DNA from: Candidatus Uhrbacteria bacterium CG10_big_fil_rev_8_21_14_0_10_50_16 | GTDB taxonomy: Bacteria > Patescibacteriota > Patescibacteriia > UBA9934 > UBA11717 | Length of the DNA: 64,000 nucleotides | Assembly (NCBI GenBank): GCA_002774875.1 | Contig: PCYM01000006.1 | Coordinates: 17,434-81,433 of the forward strand | Direction: 5' to 3' | Shown here: positions 1 through 9,239 of the stretch, in pieces | Numbering within the stretch: the first letter of the stretch is position 1 | Layout: every line of letters begins with the position of its first letter | Notes under the pieces: model-generated | The model's input: the letters and a program-made list of their open reading frames with translations, nothing else | Databases searched by the model: none | Told to the model about the DNA's origin: nothing | Position numbers and translations under genes: made by a program

Positions 1-117
1 AAATAGCGGTGATCGATAAAGGCACGATCGCAGATATCGGAACCCATGCCGAGCTTATGCAAAAAGGTGGGCTCTATCAACGTCTTTGGAAGCTACAATC
101 GGGAGGTTACCTCAAAT

Positions 118-150
118 AAAAAAACACCCGGCGTACGTCGGATGTTTTTA
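118..150. terminator. Bidirectional intrinsic terminator
   Basis: AAAAAAACACCCGGCG-TA-CGTCGGATGTTTTT hairpin with A/T tracts between convergent genes. Confidence 0.7.
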
Positions 151-161
151 CTTAACAACGA

Positions 162-908
162 TTACTTTGATCCCATTGTCTCAAATGCTCGTAACACCTC
201 TAACGGAATCGCAAAGATCACCGTATTGGATTGATCCGAAGAGAGATCGTTTAACGTGCTCAATGTTCGCAAGTGGAGTGCACCCGGTGTGCTGCTCAAC
301 ATCTCTGCCGCCTTCTGCAGGTTTGCAGCTGCTTGTACTTCTCCCTCCGCCTTAATAACCACGGAACGTCGCTCTCGCTCCGCCTCGGCCTGCTTTCCAA
401 TCACACGCTTCATATCCTCCGGCAACGTAACATCCTTCAACTCCACGTTGTCTACGGCAATCCCCCATGGGTCCGTTAACTCGTCCACAATGTATTTAAT
501 CTTTTTACTTGCTGCCTCCCGGTTAGACAATAATTCGTCCAGTTCCATTTCTCCAACCACGTTACGCATGGTTGTTTGTGCTAATTGACTCACAGCAAAA
601 CGGAAATCCTGAACCTCAATTACCGCCTTCTGCGCATCTTTCACCTTGTAGTAGATAACGGCGTTAATACGGGCAGAGATATTATCCTTCGTAATCGCTT
701 CTTGGTCCGGCACGTCTACCACTTTTACGCGAATATCCACCTTTTGCATCTGTTCAAAAATCGGCAGCACGAGTCGCCAACCGGGTGATTTGATAGAGAT
801 AAACTTTCCAAGCCTAAACTTGACGCCACGCTCGTACTGGTTGACCTGTCGAACAGAAATCAACAACAAAAATGCGACAAAAATCAGTACCGGAATAAAG
901 TAACCCAT
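162..908 (-). CDS. SPFH/band-7 (stomatin-like, slipin) membrane protein
   Basis: N-terminal TM, then VNQYERGVKFRLGK, DQEAITKDN, LAQTTMRNVVGEMELDELLSNR, AEAERERR, ALHLRTL: typical stomatin family. Confidence 0.93.
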   Translation of the reverse strand: MGYFIPVLIFVAFLLLISVRQVNQYERGVKFRLGKFISIKSPGWRLVLPIFEQMQKVDIRVKVVDVPDQEAITKDNISARINAVIYYKVKDAQKAVIEVQDFRFAVSQLAQTTMRNVVGEMELDELLSNREAASKKIKYIVDELTDPWGIAVDNVELKDVTLPEDMKRVIGKQAEAERERRSVVIKAEGEVQAAANLQKAAEMLSSTPGALHLRTLSTLNDLSSDQSNTVIFAIPLEVLRAFETMGSK

Positions 909-1027
909 AGGGTGAGAAATTATGACAATAAGTGTTTCCTTAAACTGAGTTTAACGTAACTCACTCACATTGACAAATCAGCTGATTTGCTATACTTTAT
1001 GAGCCTCGCGATACGTCGTGAGCACAC

Positions 1028-1104
1028 GCCCCGGTAGCTTAACCGGATAGAGCAGGAGGGTTCTAACCTCAAGGTTGCAGGTTCGAGTCCTGCCCGGGGC
1101 ACCA
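1028..1104 (+). tRNA. tRNA-Arg(UCU)
   Basis: Acceptor GCCCCGG/CCGGGGC+ACCA, anticodon loop GT-TCT-AA, T-arm GCAGG-TTCGAGT-CCTGC; upstream TTGACA..TATACT promoter. Confidence 0.92.
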
Positions 1105-1155
1105 CGTAGGAAATTGCCAGTTTTAGAAATCCATCTTACAAAACTTGATACATCT

Positions 1156-1866
1156 ATGAATCAAAAAAATAGCCTTTTGGTAGCAATAACGGTCGTCATA
1201 CTTGCTTCAATGGCCGTGTTGTATATTTTAAAAGATGTACCCGCACCTGCGGCCGTTCCTGTTTCCATAAATCCATCGCCACAACAACCGGTCGTTGTAC
1301 CGGACACCAAACCTATTGAACCAACAACACCGTCATGGGTTGGTAATCAGCTTTTATCCGTTGGTTTTCCATTACAGCCCGACCACTTGTTGTACATGAA
1401 GTTCGATGGAAGTATCGTTCCAATGGGTAAATTGTTTTACGTTAAAGGTTCTAACGGCAGTTTAACGCAAATCAAAAACGTTTCTGAACTCTCTCGAATA
1501 ACAGGTCAGATAAGCACGAGAGAGCAAGTTTTAGCCTTTGTCAGCTTTTTTACCTCCGAACCAACAAAATTTTTACTAGAACAAAATCCAGTGCAGGGAA
1601 TTGAGCCTGCTTACTCCGTATCAGAAATGCCACAATCTCTGACTCGGCTCTTAACTACAACCACGGTTGAATTGCACAACGGACAATGGGTTATAGAAAG
1701 AGACTTATTGCGGTATCCAAGCTTATCCGCTCAAGAACAGCGCGTGCCCGCTCAACTAGTGAGATCTTATGAGACCCTATCTCAAGACGGAATCTACACA
1801 TTTAGTATTGGCCGTGTACTAGCGGAAGGCGATGAGGTAAATAGTTTTTTACCTTATTATGATTAG
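1156..1866 (+). CDS. Hypothetical membrane-anchored exported protein
   Basis: ATG 1156 (MNQKNSLLVAITVVILASMAVLY), TM then Pro-rich linker and globular domain. Confidence 0.7.
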   Translation: MNQKNSLLVAITVVILASMAVLYILKDVPAPAAVPVSINPSPQQPVVVPDTKPIEPTTPSWVGNQLLSVGFPLQPDHLLYMKFDGSIVPMGKLFYVKGSNGSLTQIKNVSELSRITGQISTREQVLAFVSFFTSEPTKFLLEQNPVQGIEPAYSVSEMPQSLTRLLTTTTVELHNGQWVIERDLLRYPSLSAQEQRVPAQLVRSYETLSQDGIYTFSIGRVLAEGDEVNSFLPYYD

Positions 1867-1965
1867 GTTCACAAAAGTGCGGTCAAAAAAAACACTCTCC
1901 GTTGTTGAGAGTGTTTTAATTTTAGAAGGGAAAAATCCCTTGTCCGAATAAATTGAAATCTCGTA

Positions 1966-2895
1966 TTATTTTTTCCGTTTTTTATCGTGATGTTTTTTGT
2001 GGATATCGCGCAAATGGTTGTTTGTAATGTGTGTGTAGATTTGTGTGGTTGTAATGGAGGCGTGACCCAGCATAGCTTGAACAGATCGAATATCGGCACC
2101 TCCTCGCAATAAATCCGTAGCAAACGTGTGCCTCATAGTGTGCGGCGACACATGTTTTGTAATGCCAGCTTTACGTGCATATCCATCCACTGTTCGTTGA
2201 ATAGATCTTGGCGTCAGCCCCTGATCCACATCTCTCCCTGCTTTTGCACGATCGTGTGAAACAAACAGGAAGGGAGCCGTGTCGGCACGCCTGCTGAGAT
2301 ATACCTTAATTGCATCACGCGCGCGTTCCGACAAAAAAACAATGCGTCGTTTTCCACCCTTTCCTGTAACCGTAAACTCATCGCGCTTTAAATTGACGTG
2401 ATCAATCTCGAGTCGTGCGAGCTCTGATACACGTAACCCCGTAGAAAAAAGCGTTTCCAAAATTGCCGAATCTCGTAACGACACGAGTCCCTTACCGCGT
2501 TTTGGAATGTCCAAGAGTCGGATCAGCTCGTCCTCCTCCAAAAACTCCACCTGCCGGTCCGGATGCTTTGCGAGCTCGATCTTCTCTGCCGCCAAAGACT
2601 TAATGTCCCGTTTTGCTAAATATTTTAAAAATGATCGGAGGGCGATAAGGTGATAGTTTTGCGTGGTGGCTTTTGGAGCTTCTTGGTCACGCCCGTGAAT
2701 TTCTCGATTTAACCACACACGAAACTTGCGTACCTTCTCAAGTGTAATATCCCCTGGCGCCGGCCAGTGCGCCCATGTAAAAAACCGTCGTAAATAAAAA
2801 TCATAGTTTCTCAGCGTCCGTGCGCTGCGCCCCTTCTCAATCTCTAGATGTTCAAAGAAATCAAGAAGCAATATTTCTGTTTTTGATGTTGCCAT
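1966..2895 (-). CDS. XerC/XerD-family tyrosine recombinase
   Basis: SAM-like N-domain, RDSAILETLFSTGLRVSEL, GKGGKRR, HTMRHTFATDLL, VQAMLGHASITTTQIYTH; leaderless TATAAT-6nt-ATG. Confidence 0.95.
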   Translation of the reverse strand: MATSKTEILLLDFFEHLEIEKGRSARTLRNYDFYLRRFFTWAHWPAPGDITLEKVRKFRVWLNREIHGRDQEAPKATTQNYHLIALRSFLKYLAKRDIKSLAAEKIELAKHPDRQVEFLEEDELIRLLDIPKRGKGLVSLRDSAILETLFSTGLRVSELARLEIDHVNLKRDEFTVTGKGGKRRIVFLSERARDAIKVYLSRRADTAPFLFVSHDRAKAGRDVDQGLTPRSIQRTVDGYARKAGITKHVSPHTMRHTFATDLLRGGADIRSVQAMLGHASITTTQIYTHITNNHLRDIHKKHHDKKRKK

Positions 2896-2971
2896 ATCCG
2901 TATTATACGACACTTGGTGCAGACGAGCGAGTGTGAATTGACAAACAACCCAATTTACGTTAGGTTGGATC

Positions 2972-3350
2972 TGTTGGCGCTGCACACAAGGAGTCGACCG
3001 GCTTGTCGCAAGGAAAGCCCGACTAAGACTAGGAGCTATCGAATCAACCCCCTCCCCCTAATTCGAACGCTCAGGTCTATGGTGCCTGCTCCCGTGCATT
3101 CCCAGCAGGCCGGTCCGAGGTAACTCTCGGACCGGCCACTAACCTTCTCTTTCGGACCGCTAAACAGGCGGTTTTGCTGTTTCTTGACCCAGAACCAATG
3201 AAGGAGCAATGTTCTCTCGCACCATTCGACCGTAGGATGGAGCTTACCCGACCGACGATCACGTCCGGCCAATATCCCCCACCAGGGACTAGGCCGGGCG
3301 TGGGCTGGGTCACGCTATCCGACCGTCCACCTCTGGACGGTTTGTTGTTT
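2972..3350 (+). ncRNA. Candidate structured ncRNA A (family not recognised)
   Basis: TTGACA(2938)-17-TAGGTT promoter, multiple hairpins incl. perfect 12-bp stem 3108-3119/3126-3137, terminator 3321-3350, no credible ORF. Confidence 0.6.
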
Positions 3351-3404
3351 CTACCCCTCAATCCACCTTCGGGATTGACAAATAACACGCTTTCTTGTAT
3401 ATTC

Positions 3405-3479
3405 CTAGCGTTATTCACCAACGATCGCTTGGTACCTGATCTCTCCGACGGGTCACTCGGCCTTCGCTAATCGATTACT
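3405..3479 (+). promoter_or_regulatory. Putative rpsO autoregulatory 5' leader
   Basis: After TTGACA..TATATT promoter; TAGCG/CGCTA closing stem enclosing two hairpins just before rpsO ATG. Confidence 0.45.
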
Positions 3480-3743
3480 ATGCTTACAAAGAAGCAAAAG
3501 GAGAATATTATTAGCAAATTTGCTACCCACAAGAGTGACACGGGGTCACCACAGGTGCAGGTTGCGATTCTTACCTCCGAGATCAAAGATCTTACGGGTC
3601 ACTTGCGAACACACAAAAAGGACCACTCATCCCGACGCGGACTCATCCGCAAGGTAAATGAGCGTCGCCGTTTGCTCAAATACTTGGAGCGAGAGGACCT
3701 CAAGGCCCACAAAAAGTTAAAAGAAGCGTTGAAGTTGAAGTAA
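3480..3743 (+). CDS. rpsO: 30S ribosomal protein S15
   Basis: HKSDTGSPQVQVAILT...HKKDHSSRRGLIRKVNERRRLLKYL. Confidence 0.98.
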   Translation: MLTKKQKENIISKFATHKSDTGSPQVQVAILTSEIKDLTGHLRTHKKDHSSRRGLIRKVNERRRLLKYLEREDLKAHKKLKEALKLK

Positions 3744-3975
3744 TTTTCCGTCCCCGCGGCTTTGTTGTCGCGGGGATTTGGCTAACAAGATCCTAGTCGT
3801 GTTCGGTTCTGCTGAATACGCCCGGTACCTTGTACCGTTTTATAAACATTTTGGGAGGTTTTGTTGGAAAAACGTAACACCGTTTCCTTTATTCCTAATT
3901 GTGCGGTTTTCTCAAATTTGTGCCGCACACAATCGCGTCACGCATGTTCCACGCATCTCTCAATCACTTTTTATC

Positions 3976-4707
3976 ATGATCCATCACAAACATCAGCGTG
4001 TCGGTGTCTTTATCGACGTACAGAATCTGTACTATAGCGCTCGTAATCTCTATAACCGAAAGGTAAACTTTGGCAATATTGTCAAAAAGGCGGTTGGAGC
4101 CCGCCAACTCATTCGTGCAACTGCGTACGTCGTTTCTACAAAAACCGGAGAGAACCAGCCGTTTTTTGACGCGCTCAATAATCTTGGAATCGAAACCAAG
4201 GAGAAAGAGCTCATGGAATACGACGGTGGCCAAAAGAAGGCCGACTGGGACGTTGGTATTACCGTGGACGCCATTAGCTCCGCACCAGATTTAGACGTGA
4301 TCATTCTCGTCTCCGGTGACGGTGACTACATGCCACTCATTGATTACCTCCACAGCAGAGGAAAATTTGTAGAGGTTGCAGCATTCCGAGAAACAACATC
4401 TTCTCGTCTTATCGAGAAGGTTGGGAGCTCAAACTACATCAACTTGTCGGAGAATAAGCGTAGTTTCCTCATTCCAACTGGTAGCCACGGAGCCGGAACG
4501 ATGGTATCAGACACAACCTCCGCTCAACCGCTTGCACAGGAGAAGGTTGAGGCAAAACCTGTAGTTAGATCTCTTTCAAAACCTCAAATCAAGCACATGC
4601 AAGCACCCGCTCCCAAGCAGATTCGTTACCCTGCGCGAGCTCACGTTACTGCAAAACCTGTAGATTACGACGGACTCTCACCCAATGAGCGTGCCTTAAA
4701 CAATTAG
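3976..4707 (+). CDS. NYN domain (LabA/DUF88, PIN-like) protein
   Basis: VFIDVQNLY, KADWDVGITVD, LVSGDGDY motifs; disordered C-tail; start MIHHKHQR at 3976. Confidence 0.9.
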   Translation: MIHHKHQRVGVFIDVQNLYYSARNLYNRKVNFGNIVKKAVGARQLIRATAYVVSTKTGENQPFFDALNNLGIETKEKELMEYDGGQKKADWDVGITVDAISSAPDLDVIILVSGDGDYMPLIDYLHSRGKFVEVAAFRETTSSRLIEKVGSSNYINLSENKRSFLIPTGSHGAGTMVSDTTSAQPLAQEKVEAKPVVRSLSKPQIKHMQAPAPKQIRYPARAHVTAKPVDYDGLSPNERALNN

Positions 4708-4713
4708 AAACCC

Positions 4714-4875
4714 GTTGTCTCATAAGCTACGGCTTGTGAGCAACGAAGCGTGCATATCAACACAGAGCGTCAGATGATATGATTGCTTCGTCGCTAAAAC
4801 GACATCTCATTCACAGCCTGGTGGCAAGATAGAGACCTCAACACATTGAGTTCTTGAGTCTGACTGCCAGGGGAA
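4714..4875 (+). promoter_or_regulatory. Structured pnp leader
   Basis: Consecutive hairpins: CTCATAAGC-TACG-GCTTGTGAG, CATATCA/TGATATG, CCTGGTGG/CTGCCAGG. Confidence 0.45.
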
Positions 4876-4883
4876 CCAATTTT

Positions 4884-7133
4884 ATGGAACCAAAACAATT
4901 CTCTACGGAGTGGGCAGGTAAAACGCTTACGATCGAAGTAGGACGAATGGCTTTCCAGGCAGACGCCGCTTGTACCGTGCGCTATGGCGACACGGTCGTT
5001 ATGGCAACGGTCGTTATGTCCAAGGAAGAACGTCCTGGAATGAACTTTTTCCCGCTCATGGTGGATTACGAGGAAAAGTATTCCGCTGCTGGTAAGATCA
5101 AGGGATCGCGATTCATTAAGCAAGAGGGACGACCATCAGACCAAGCCGTTTTGGCTGGCCGTATGATCGACCGTACGCTACGACCGCTTTTTGATGAGCG
5201 TATTCGTAACGATATCCAGGTAATCGCATCCGTGTTGTCATTCGATGAGGAAAATGATCCGGATATCGTGGCAATCATTGCTTCTTGCGTTGTTCTCCAT
5301 ATGTCTCAAATCCCATGGGAGGGACCGGTTGCTGGTATTCGTATGGGACACATAGACGGCGCATGGATTGCCAATCCAACCTACACGCAACGAGAAACAA
5401 GCGTATCGGACCTCGTGGTCTGCGGAACAACTGACCGACTGCTCATGGTAGAAGCAAGTGCAAAACAGATACCAGACGCAACCATGATGGAAGGGGTAGA
5501 AGCCGGGCTCAAATCGCTCTCACCTGTTCTGGATCTCATTCAGCAAGTTCGTGATGCCGTCGGATCCGAGAAAATCGATCCCTTACAAGGCAAGGAAACA
5601 GCTGAACAAATGGCGACACGTGAGCAGGTAGAATCTCTTGCAAAGCCATTTATCAGCAAAAAAGTGGAGGAGCTCTTCTTTGGCGCACCACTTGATCGCA
5701 AAATTGATCGTGCTATGGCCCGAGGAGTTCTCACAGATCAGCTCAAGGATTTCTTACTCAGTGAAGGTGTAGAGGAAGAGAACCTTTCTTTTGGCACCAG
5801 CATGGTGTACCACGAGATCGAACACGTCATCTCTCAACAAATTCTCAAAAATGATCGTCGCGTTGACGGCCGTGCAATCGAAGAAATTCGTCCTCTTAGC
5901 TGTACCGTGGGGCTTTTACCACGCACGCATGGATCAGGACTTTTTGCACGCGGAGAAACACAGGTTCTCTCAACCGTAACCCTCGCAGGCCCAGGTGCAG
6001 CGCAGGTGATCGATACAATGGAAGTAGACGAGAAAAAGCGCTACATGCATCACTACTCATTTCCTCCATTTAGTGTCGGGGAAACGCGACCATTGCGAGG
6101 ACCAGGACGTCGTGAGGTTGGTCATGGTGCACTCGCAGAAAAAGCTCTCGAGCCTGTTCTTCCAGACGCAGAGGTATTCCCTTACGTAATCCGTGTTACA
6201 TCGGACACCATGGGATCAAACGGCTCTAGCTCTATGGGATCCGTCTGCGGATCGACAATCTCACTATTGGATGCAGGCGTTCCGCTTAAAGCGCCCGTCG
6301 CAGGTGTGGCTGTCGGTCTTGCATCGACACCCGACATGAACGAATGGAAAGTGTTTACGGATCTACAGGATTTAGAGGATGGACAGGGCGGAATGGACTT
6401 TAAAGTCGCAGGAACAACAGACGGCGTAACAGCAATTCAGCTGGACACAAAAACGCTCGGACTCAACATGGACATTGTAAAGGAAGCCTTCCGACAAGCC
6501 TCAAAGGCACGAGGGCAGATTCTTGAAGTTATCTCCAACACTATTGCAGAACCACGCGCCGAGCTTTCTCTCTACGCGCCTCGTATTGAGAGTATGCGTA
6601 TTAATCCAGACAAGATTCGTGACGTCATTGGCCCAGGAGGAAAGATGATTAACGAAATTATTGCCAAGACGGGTGTAGAAATTGATATTGAAGATGATGG
6701 AGTTGTCACGATTACCTCACGTATGGCAGAGGGAATGAAGGAAGCAATGGATTGGGTTAGGCTGCTTACTGCAGAAATTGAAGTAGGAAAGACGTATCAC
6801 GGAACGGTTACACGTCTTATGGATTTTGGTGCGTTCGTCGAAGTCCTGCCAAAGCAAGAAGGACTTGTGCATGTCTCCGAGATGGCGCCCTACCGCGTAA
6901 ACCAGGTAAAGGACATTGTAAAGGAAGGGGACAAGGTCTATGTAAAGGTCACCGAGGTAGACCAAATGGGTCGCACGAACCTCTCTATGAAGCAAGCAGA
7001 GGGAAATGTGTACCCAGAACCACCCACACAGGCAGAACGAAAGCCAGAAGGGGATCGTCCTGCACGTCGACCAGGATCGGATCGACCATCAGCGCCACGC
7101 GGTCCACGTCCACCACACCGTAATAACGGATAA
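4884..7133 (+). CDS. pnp: Polyribonucleotide nucleotidyltransferase (PNPase)
   Basis: FFPLMVDYEEK, RTHGSGLFARGETQ, RREVGHGALAE, SNGSSSMGSVC, GDMDFK-like motif, KH and S1 domains. Confidence 0.98.
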   Translation: MEPKQFSTEWAGKTLTIEVGRMAFQADAACTVRYGDTVVMATVVMSKEERPGMNFFPLMVDYEEKYSAAGKIKGSRFIKQEGRPSDQAVLAGRMIDRTLRPLFDERIRNDIQVIASVLSFDEENDPDIVAIIASCVVLHMSQIPWEGPVAGIRMGHIDGAWIANPTYTQRETSVSDLVVCGTTDRLLMVEASAKQIPDATMMEGVEAGLKSLSPVLDLIQQVRDAVGSEKIDPLQGKETAEQMATREQVESLAKPFISKKVEELFFGAPLDRKIDRAMARGVLTDQLKDFLLSEGVEEENLSFGTSMVYHEIEHVISQQILKNDRRVDGRAIEEIRPLSCTVGLLPRTHGSGLFARGETQVLSTVTLAGPGAAQVIDTMEVDEKKRYMHHYSFPPFSVGETRPLRGPGRREVGHGALAEKALEPVLPDAEVFPYVIRVTSDTMGSNGSSSMGSVCGSTISLLDAGVPLKAPVAGVAVGLASTPDMNEWKVFTDLQDLEDGQGGMDFKVAGTTDGVTAIQLDTKTLGLNMDIVKEAFRQASKARGQILEVISNTIAEPRAELSLYAPRIESMRINPDKIRDVIGPGGKMINEIIAKTGVEIDIEDDGVVTITSRMAEGMKEAMDWVRLLTAEIEVGKTYHGTVTRLMDFGAFVEVLPKQEGLVHVSEMAPYRVNQVKDIVKEGDKVYVKVTEVDQMGRTNLSMKQAEGNVYPEPPTQAERKPEGDRPARRPGSDRPSAPRGPRPPHRNNG

Positions 7134-8137
7134 TGTATCGTTACCGCGACAACTATTTAGACACACAGCAGTCAGCCCGACCTTGGATCCGTTGGGCTGC
7201 TGTTGTTTTGTATCTCTTACTTGTGGGTTATTTAGCGATTACGTGGATACATCAGGGCAATGCTATTCCTAACGCTTCCTCATCCATTGGTGGTGCTGTC
7301 ACGTTACCTGAAGATGATTACGCTATTGCGATATTTTTTAATACAGACCAAAAGGAACTCCTCTTTAATGTCACAGGGCTTGTAGGTCAGGCTTTCGCGG
7401 TTAAAAATGACGGATCAATCGTGTCTATTAACCAAATGGTTCCATCGGCGCCAAGACCTCCTGCATGGTTTCTTCCAACAACAGTAGGCGTTGTCTACGT
7501 GAGAGAAGGGGATACTGTCACAACGCGCCGTCTATTTCGTATCAAAAATGGCATAGCTGTTTCTATGCCAGGTCAAAAGGCAATCCAAATCCCCATTCAT
7601 CCCAATGCAACAATCGGAATACATTGCTCCAACAACTGCTCTATTCCTGGTACAAGCCTCGTCCTCCCAGAAGGGCTCGACCTTATTTCTACCGATCATC
7701 AACTCATGATCGCAACGGACGCAAAAAATAGAGCGTCCTTTATGCAATTTATTTATGTGAGTAGCAAGCAGCAGAACCCCATAGAAAGAGATCGGCTCAC
7801 CAACGATGGGCGTACGATCTCAGAGCTCGTCCCGGCAGACACGATCGACACAATTATTACAGACGAAGCTTTGCAAACGCACTACACAGGAGGAACAACC
7901 TTTGGATGGTACTATCAGATCAATGAAGATCGTGACGTGCTCTTGGCATCAACATCAACAGACCTCCTAAATGAGTACACATCAGAGATGTCTACAGCTA
8001 CGTGGACAAATACAATTTGTGAAAAACACCCAGTCTCGTTTTACAGATATCATTCTTTGCCAATGTTAGAGGAAAACACGCAATCGACCTACACACTTGT
8101 TCGAAGTATAAATTCCTGGCGTATCTGTGCAGAGTAA
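7133..8137 (+). CDS. Hypothetical membrane-anchored protein
   Basis: 334-aa ORF overlapping pnp stop (TAATG), single N-terminal TM. Confidence 0.7.
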   Translation: MYRYRDNYLDTQQSARPWIRWAAVVLYLLLVGYLAITWIHQGNAIPNASSSIGGAVTLPEDDYAIAIFFNTDQKELLFNVTGLVGQAFAVKNDGSIVSINQMVPSAPRPPAWFLPTTVGVVYVREGDTVTTRRLFRIKNGIAVSMPGQKAIQIPIHPNATIGIHCSNNCSIPGTSLVLPEGLDLISTDHQLMIATDAKNRASFMQFIYVSSKQQNPIERDRLTNDGRTISELVPADTIDTIITDEALQTHYTGGTTFGWYYQINEDRDVLLASTSTDLLNEYTSEMSTATWTNTICEKHPVSFYRYHSLPMLEENTQSTYTLVRSINSWRICAE

Positions 8138-8143
8138 CCATTC

Positions 8144-8200
8144 TGTGGATAACCTGAGGGTAACTGTGGATTAATGTGGATAAGAAATTACTTATCCACA
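8144..8200. promoter_or_regulatory. Satellite DnaA-box cluster
   Basis: TGTGGATAA 8144, TGAGGGTAA 8155, TGTGGATTA 8165, TGTGGATAA 8175, TTATCCACA 8192. Confidence 0.8.
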
Positions 8201-8439
8201 TTTTTGTTTAAAAATAACGAACAAGTTTTTGTTTTTTTATCTAAAATAAGCCAAATACATCCGTTGACAAATAGTGTTCAACGTGCTACTATGTGTATGT
8301 ACCCTTCAAACAATCGTTCTTTCAAAACCCCTACCACAGGGGTGTCTAGCGAAGACTGGTACATCTTGGCTGCGCACCTCTCCTCGCAACTGTTCTATTC
8401 CATTGTTTAAAAATAAAAACATAAAATTGGGATAAAACA

Positions 8440-8700
8440 AACGCCACGAAGGGCTCCCCTCAATACATGTTGGTCTCAAATTGGACCGGCGCTCGAGGGA
8501 TGCCATAGAACGGTTATGAGGGAAATGTTCTACCACGTGCAGGCAGCTCGTAGGCCGAGATCTGAAGACAATCCTTGTCGCTGGATCCCGGTCTACTGGA
8601 GCGCTCTTCTGCAGTGGACCTAACGTCCGACTGCCCGAGTCACCAGCGCTCCACCTATCTATAAAGGGAGACGCTCGTAGTTCAGGCAGTCTTTTCGTTT
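8440..8700 (+). ncRNA. Candidate structured ncRNA B (family not recognised)
   Basis: Back-to-back helices with G-U pairs on + strand (TAGGCCG/CGGTCTA, TGGAGCGCT/AGCGCTCCA, TAGAACG/TGTTCTA), no credible ORF. Confidence 0.55.
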
Positions 8701-8760
8701 CCACAACCCTTGACAGTTTTTTCATAATAGATCACTGCTTAATTGGTATACTAGTAGTCC

Positions 8761-9228
8761 ATGAAACTATCTACCCCCCATCGTTCCGTGGTGATTGCAT
8801 TGATTGTTACATGTCTTCTCGTTATAAGCGATGGATTATTTAAGTTCATTGCATTATCGCGCCTTAGAGACGTATTTATTCCAGTCTTACCGGGTGTCGC
8901 CGAGTTTTATCTCCACAAAAACCTAGGTGTTGTTGCAAATACACCTATACCTCTCCTGCTCGTCATACCTCTTTCGGTTGTTATTCTCATCGGATGCAGT
9001 ATGTGGCTTTCTCGCATCTGGAGTCATCAGCCGAGTTTAGCCATTAGTCTGGTCTTACTCATTGGAGGAGCCTTTGGTAATTTGGTCGATCGTGTTGTCC
9101 ACGGGTTTACAACAGACTATCTCCTGCTATTCAGTCGGAGCATCATAAATCTGTCGGACGTACTCATTGTTCTTGGCATACTGGGTATTTTGTTCGCTAC
9201 AAACAAAACCTCCCCACATCAATCATAA
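8761..9228 (+). CDS. lspA: Signal peptidase II (lipoprotein signal peptidase) family
   Basis: D..FK, HKNLGV, GGAFGNLVDRV..G..TDY, INLSDVLI; four TM. Confidence 0.85.
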   Translation: MKLSTPHRSVVIALIVTCLLVISDGLFKFIALSRLRDVFIPVLPGVAEFYLHKNLGVVANTPIPLLLVIPLSVVILIGCSMWLSRIWSHQPSLAISLVLLIGGAFGNLVDRVVHGFTTDYLLLFSRSIINLSDVLIVLGILGILFATNKTSPHQS

Positions 9229-9239
9229 AGGAGGTTTTT

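Noticed and set aside
1028-2895. tRNA-integrated island with its own integrase
   Set aside because: Recombinase looks like housekeeping XerC/D and no duplicated tRNA-Arg 3' end was found
3009-3025. RNase P RNA suggested by AAGGAAAGCCCG
   Set aside because: No matching 3' P4 strand (AGAA.CCGGCUUA); the segment folds into a local hairpin instead
8144-8260. Main oriC at the 8.1 kb DnaA-box cluster
   Set aside because: DnaA-trio/DUE layout and the visible skew change lie in the dnaA-dnaN gap
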